Positions 63,920-64,000 of a stretch of 64,000 nucleotides of DNA are shown piece by piece. A program made the position numbers and the translations under genes. The stretch is from Octopus sinensis (taxonomy: Eukaryota): NCBI RefSeq assembly GCF_006345805.1, contig NC_043004.1:6076001-6140000 (forward strand), in the 5' to 3' direction. The notes under the pieces are model-generated. The model was not told the DNA's origin and did not search any database. It saw only the letters and a list, made by a program, of their open reading frames with translations. Position 1 is the stretch's first letter, and each line of letters starts with the position of its first letter.

Positions 63920-64000
63920 TATATACATACATATGTACGATGGGCTTCTTTCAGTTTCTGTCTACCAAATCCACTCACAAGGCTTTGGTTGGCCCAAGGC

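Overview
AT-rich, repeat-dense eukaryotic (animal) genomic DNA. The SINE families, (GAT)n-tailed RTE elements and microsatellite load look like a coleoid cephalopod, probably Octopus (inference from pattern recall, not tested). Three protein-coding loci are supported. (1) A complete six-exon LAMTOR3/MP1 gene on the minus strand, 20129 to 4235, 124 aa, rebuilt by hand from splice sites. (2) An intronless 493-aa ORF on the plus strand (20581-22062) that is the DZF-domain half of ZFR without the zinc fingers. It starts 451 bp from the LAMTOR3 ATG, head-to-head. (3) The last coding exon of an unidentified minus-strand gene (56966 to 56237), S/T/N-rich with an eh1-like FSIYGIL motif. The rest is nested transposon debris (RTE and CR1 LINE 3' ends, mariner, Tigger/pogo, hAT and piggyBac-like MITEs, several SINE families) and several long near-perfect hairpins. 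The most interesting candidate is the DZF-only ZFR retrogene: DZF proteins are known modulators of A-to-I editing, and the inferred host lineage edits RNA very extensively. Protein identifications rest on remembered reference sequences and need database confirmation. Repeat boundaries marked approximate are estimates by eye.
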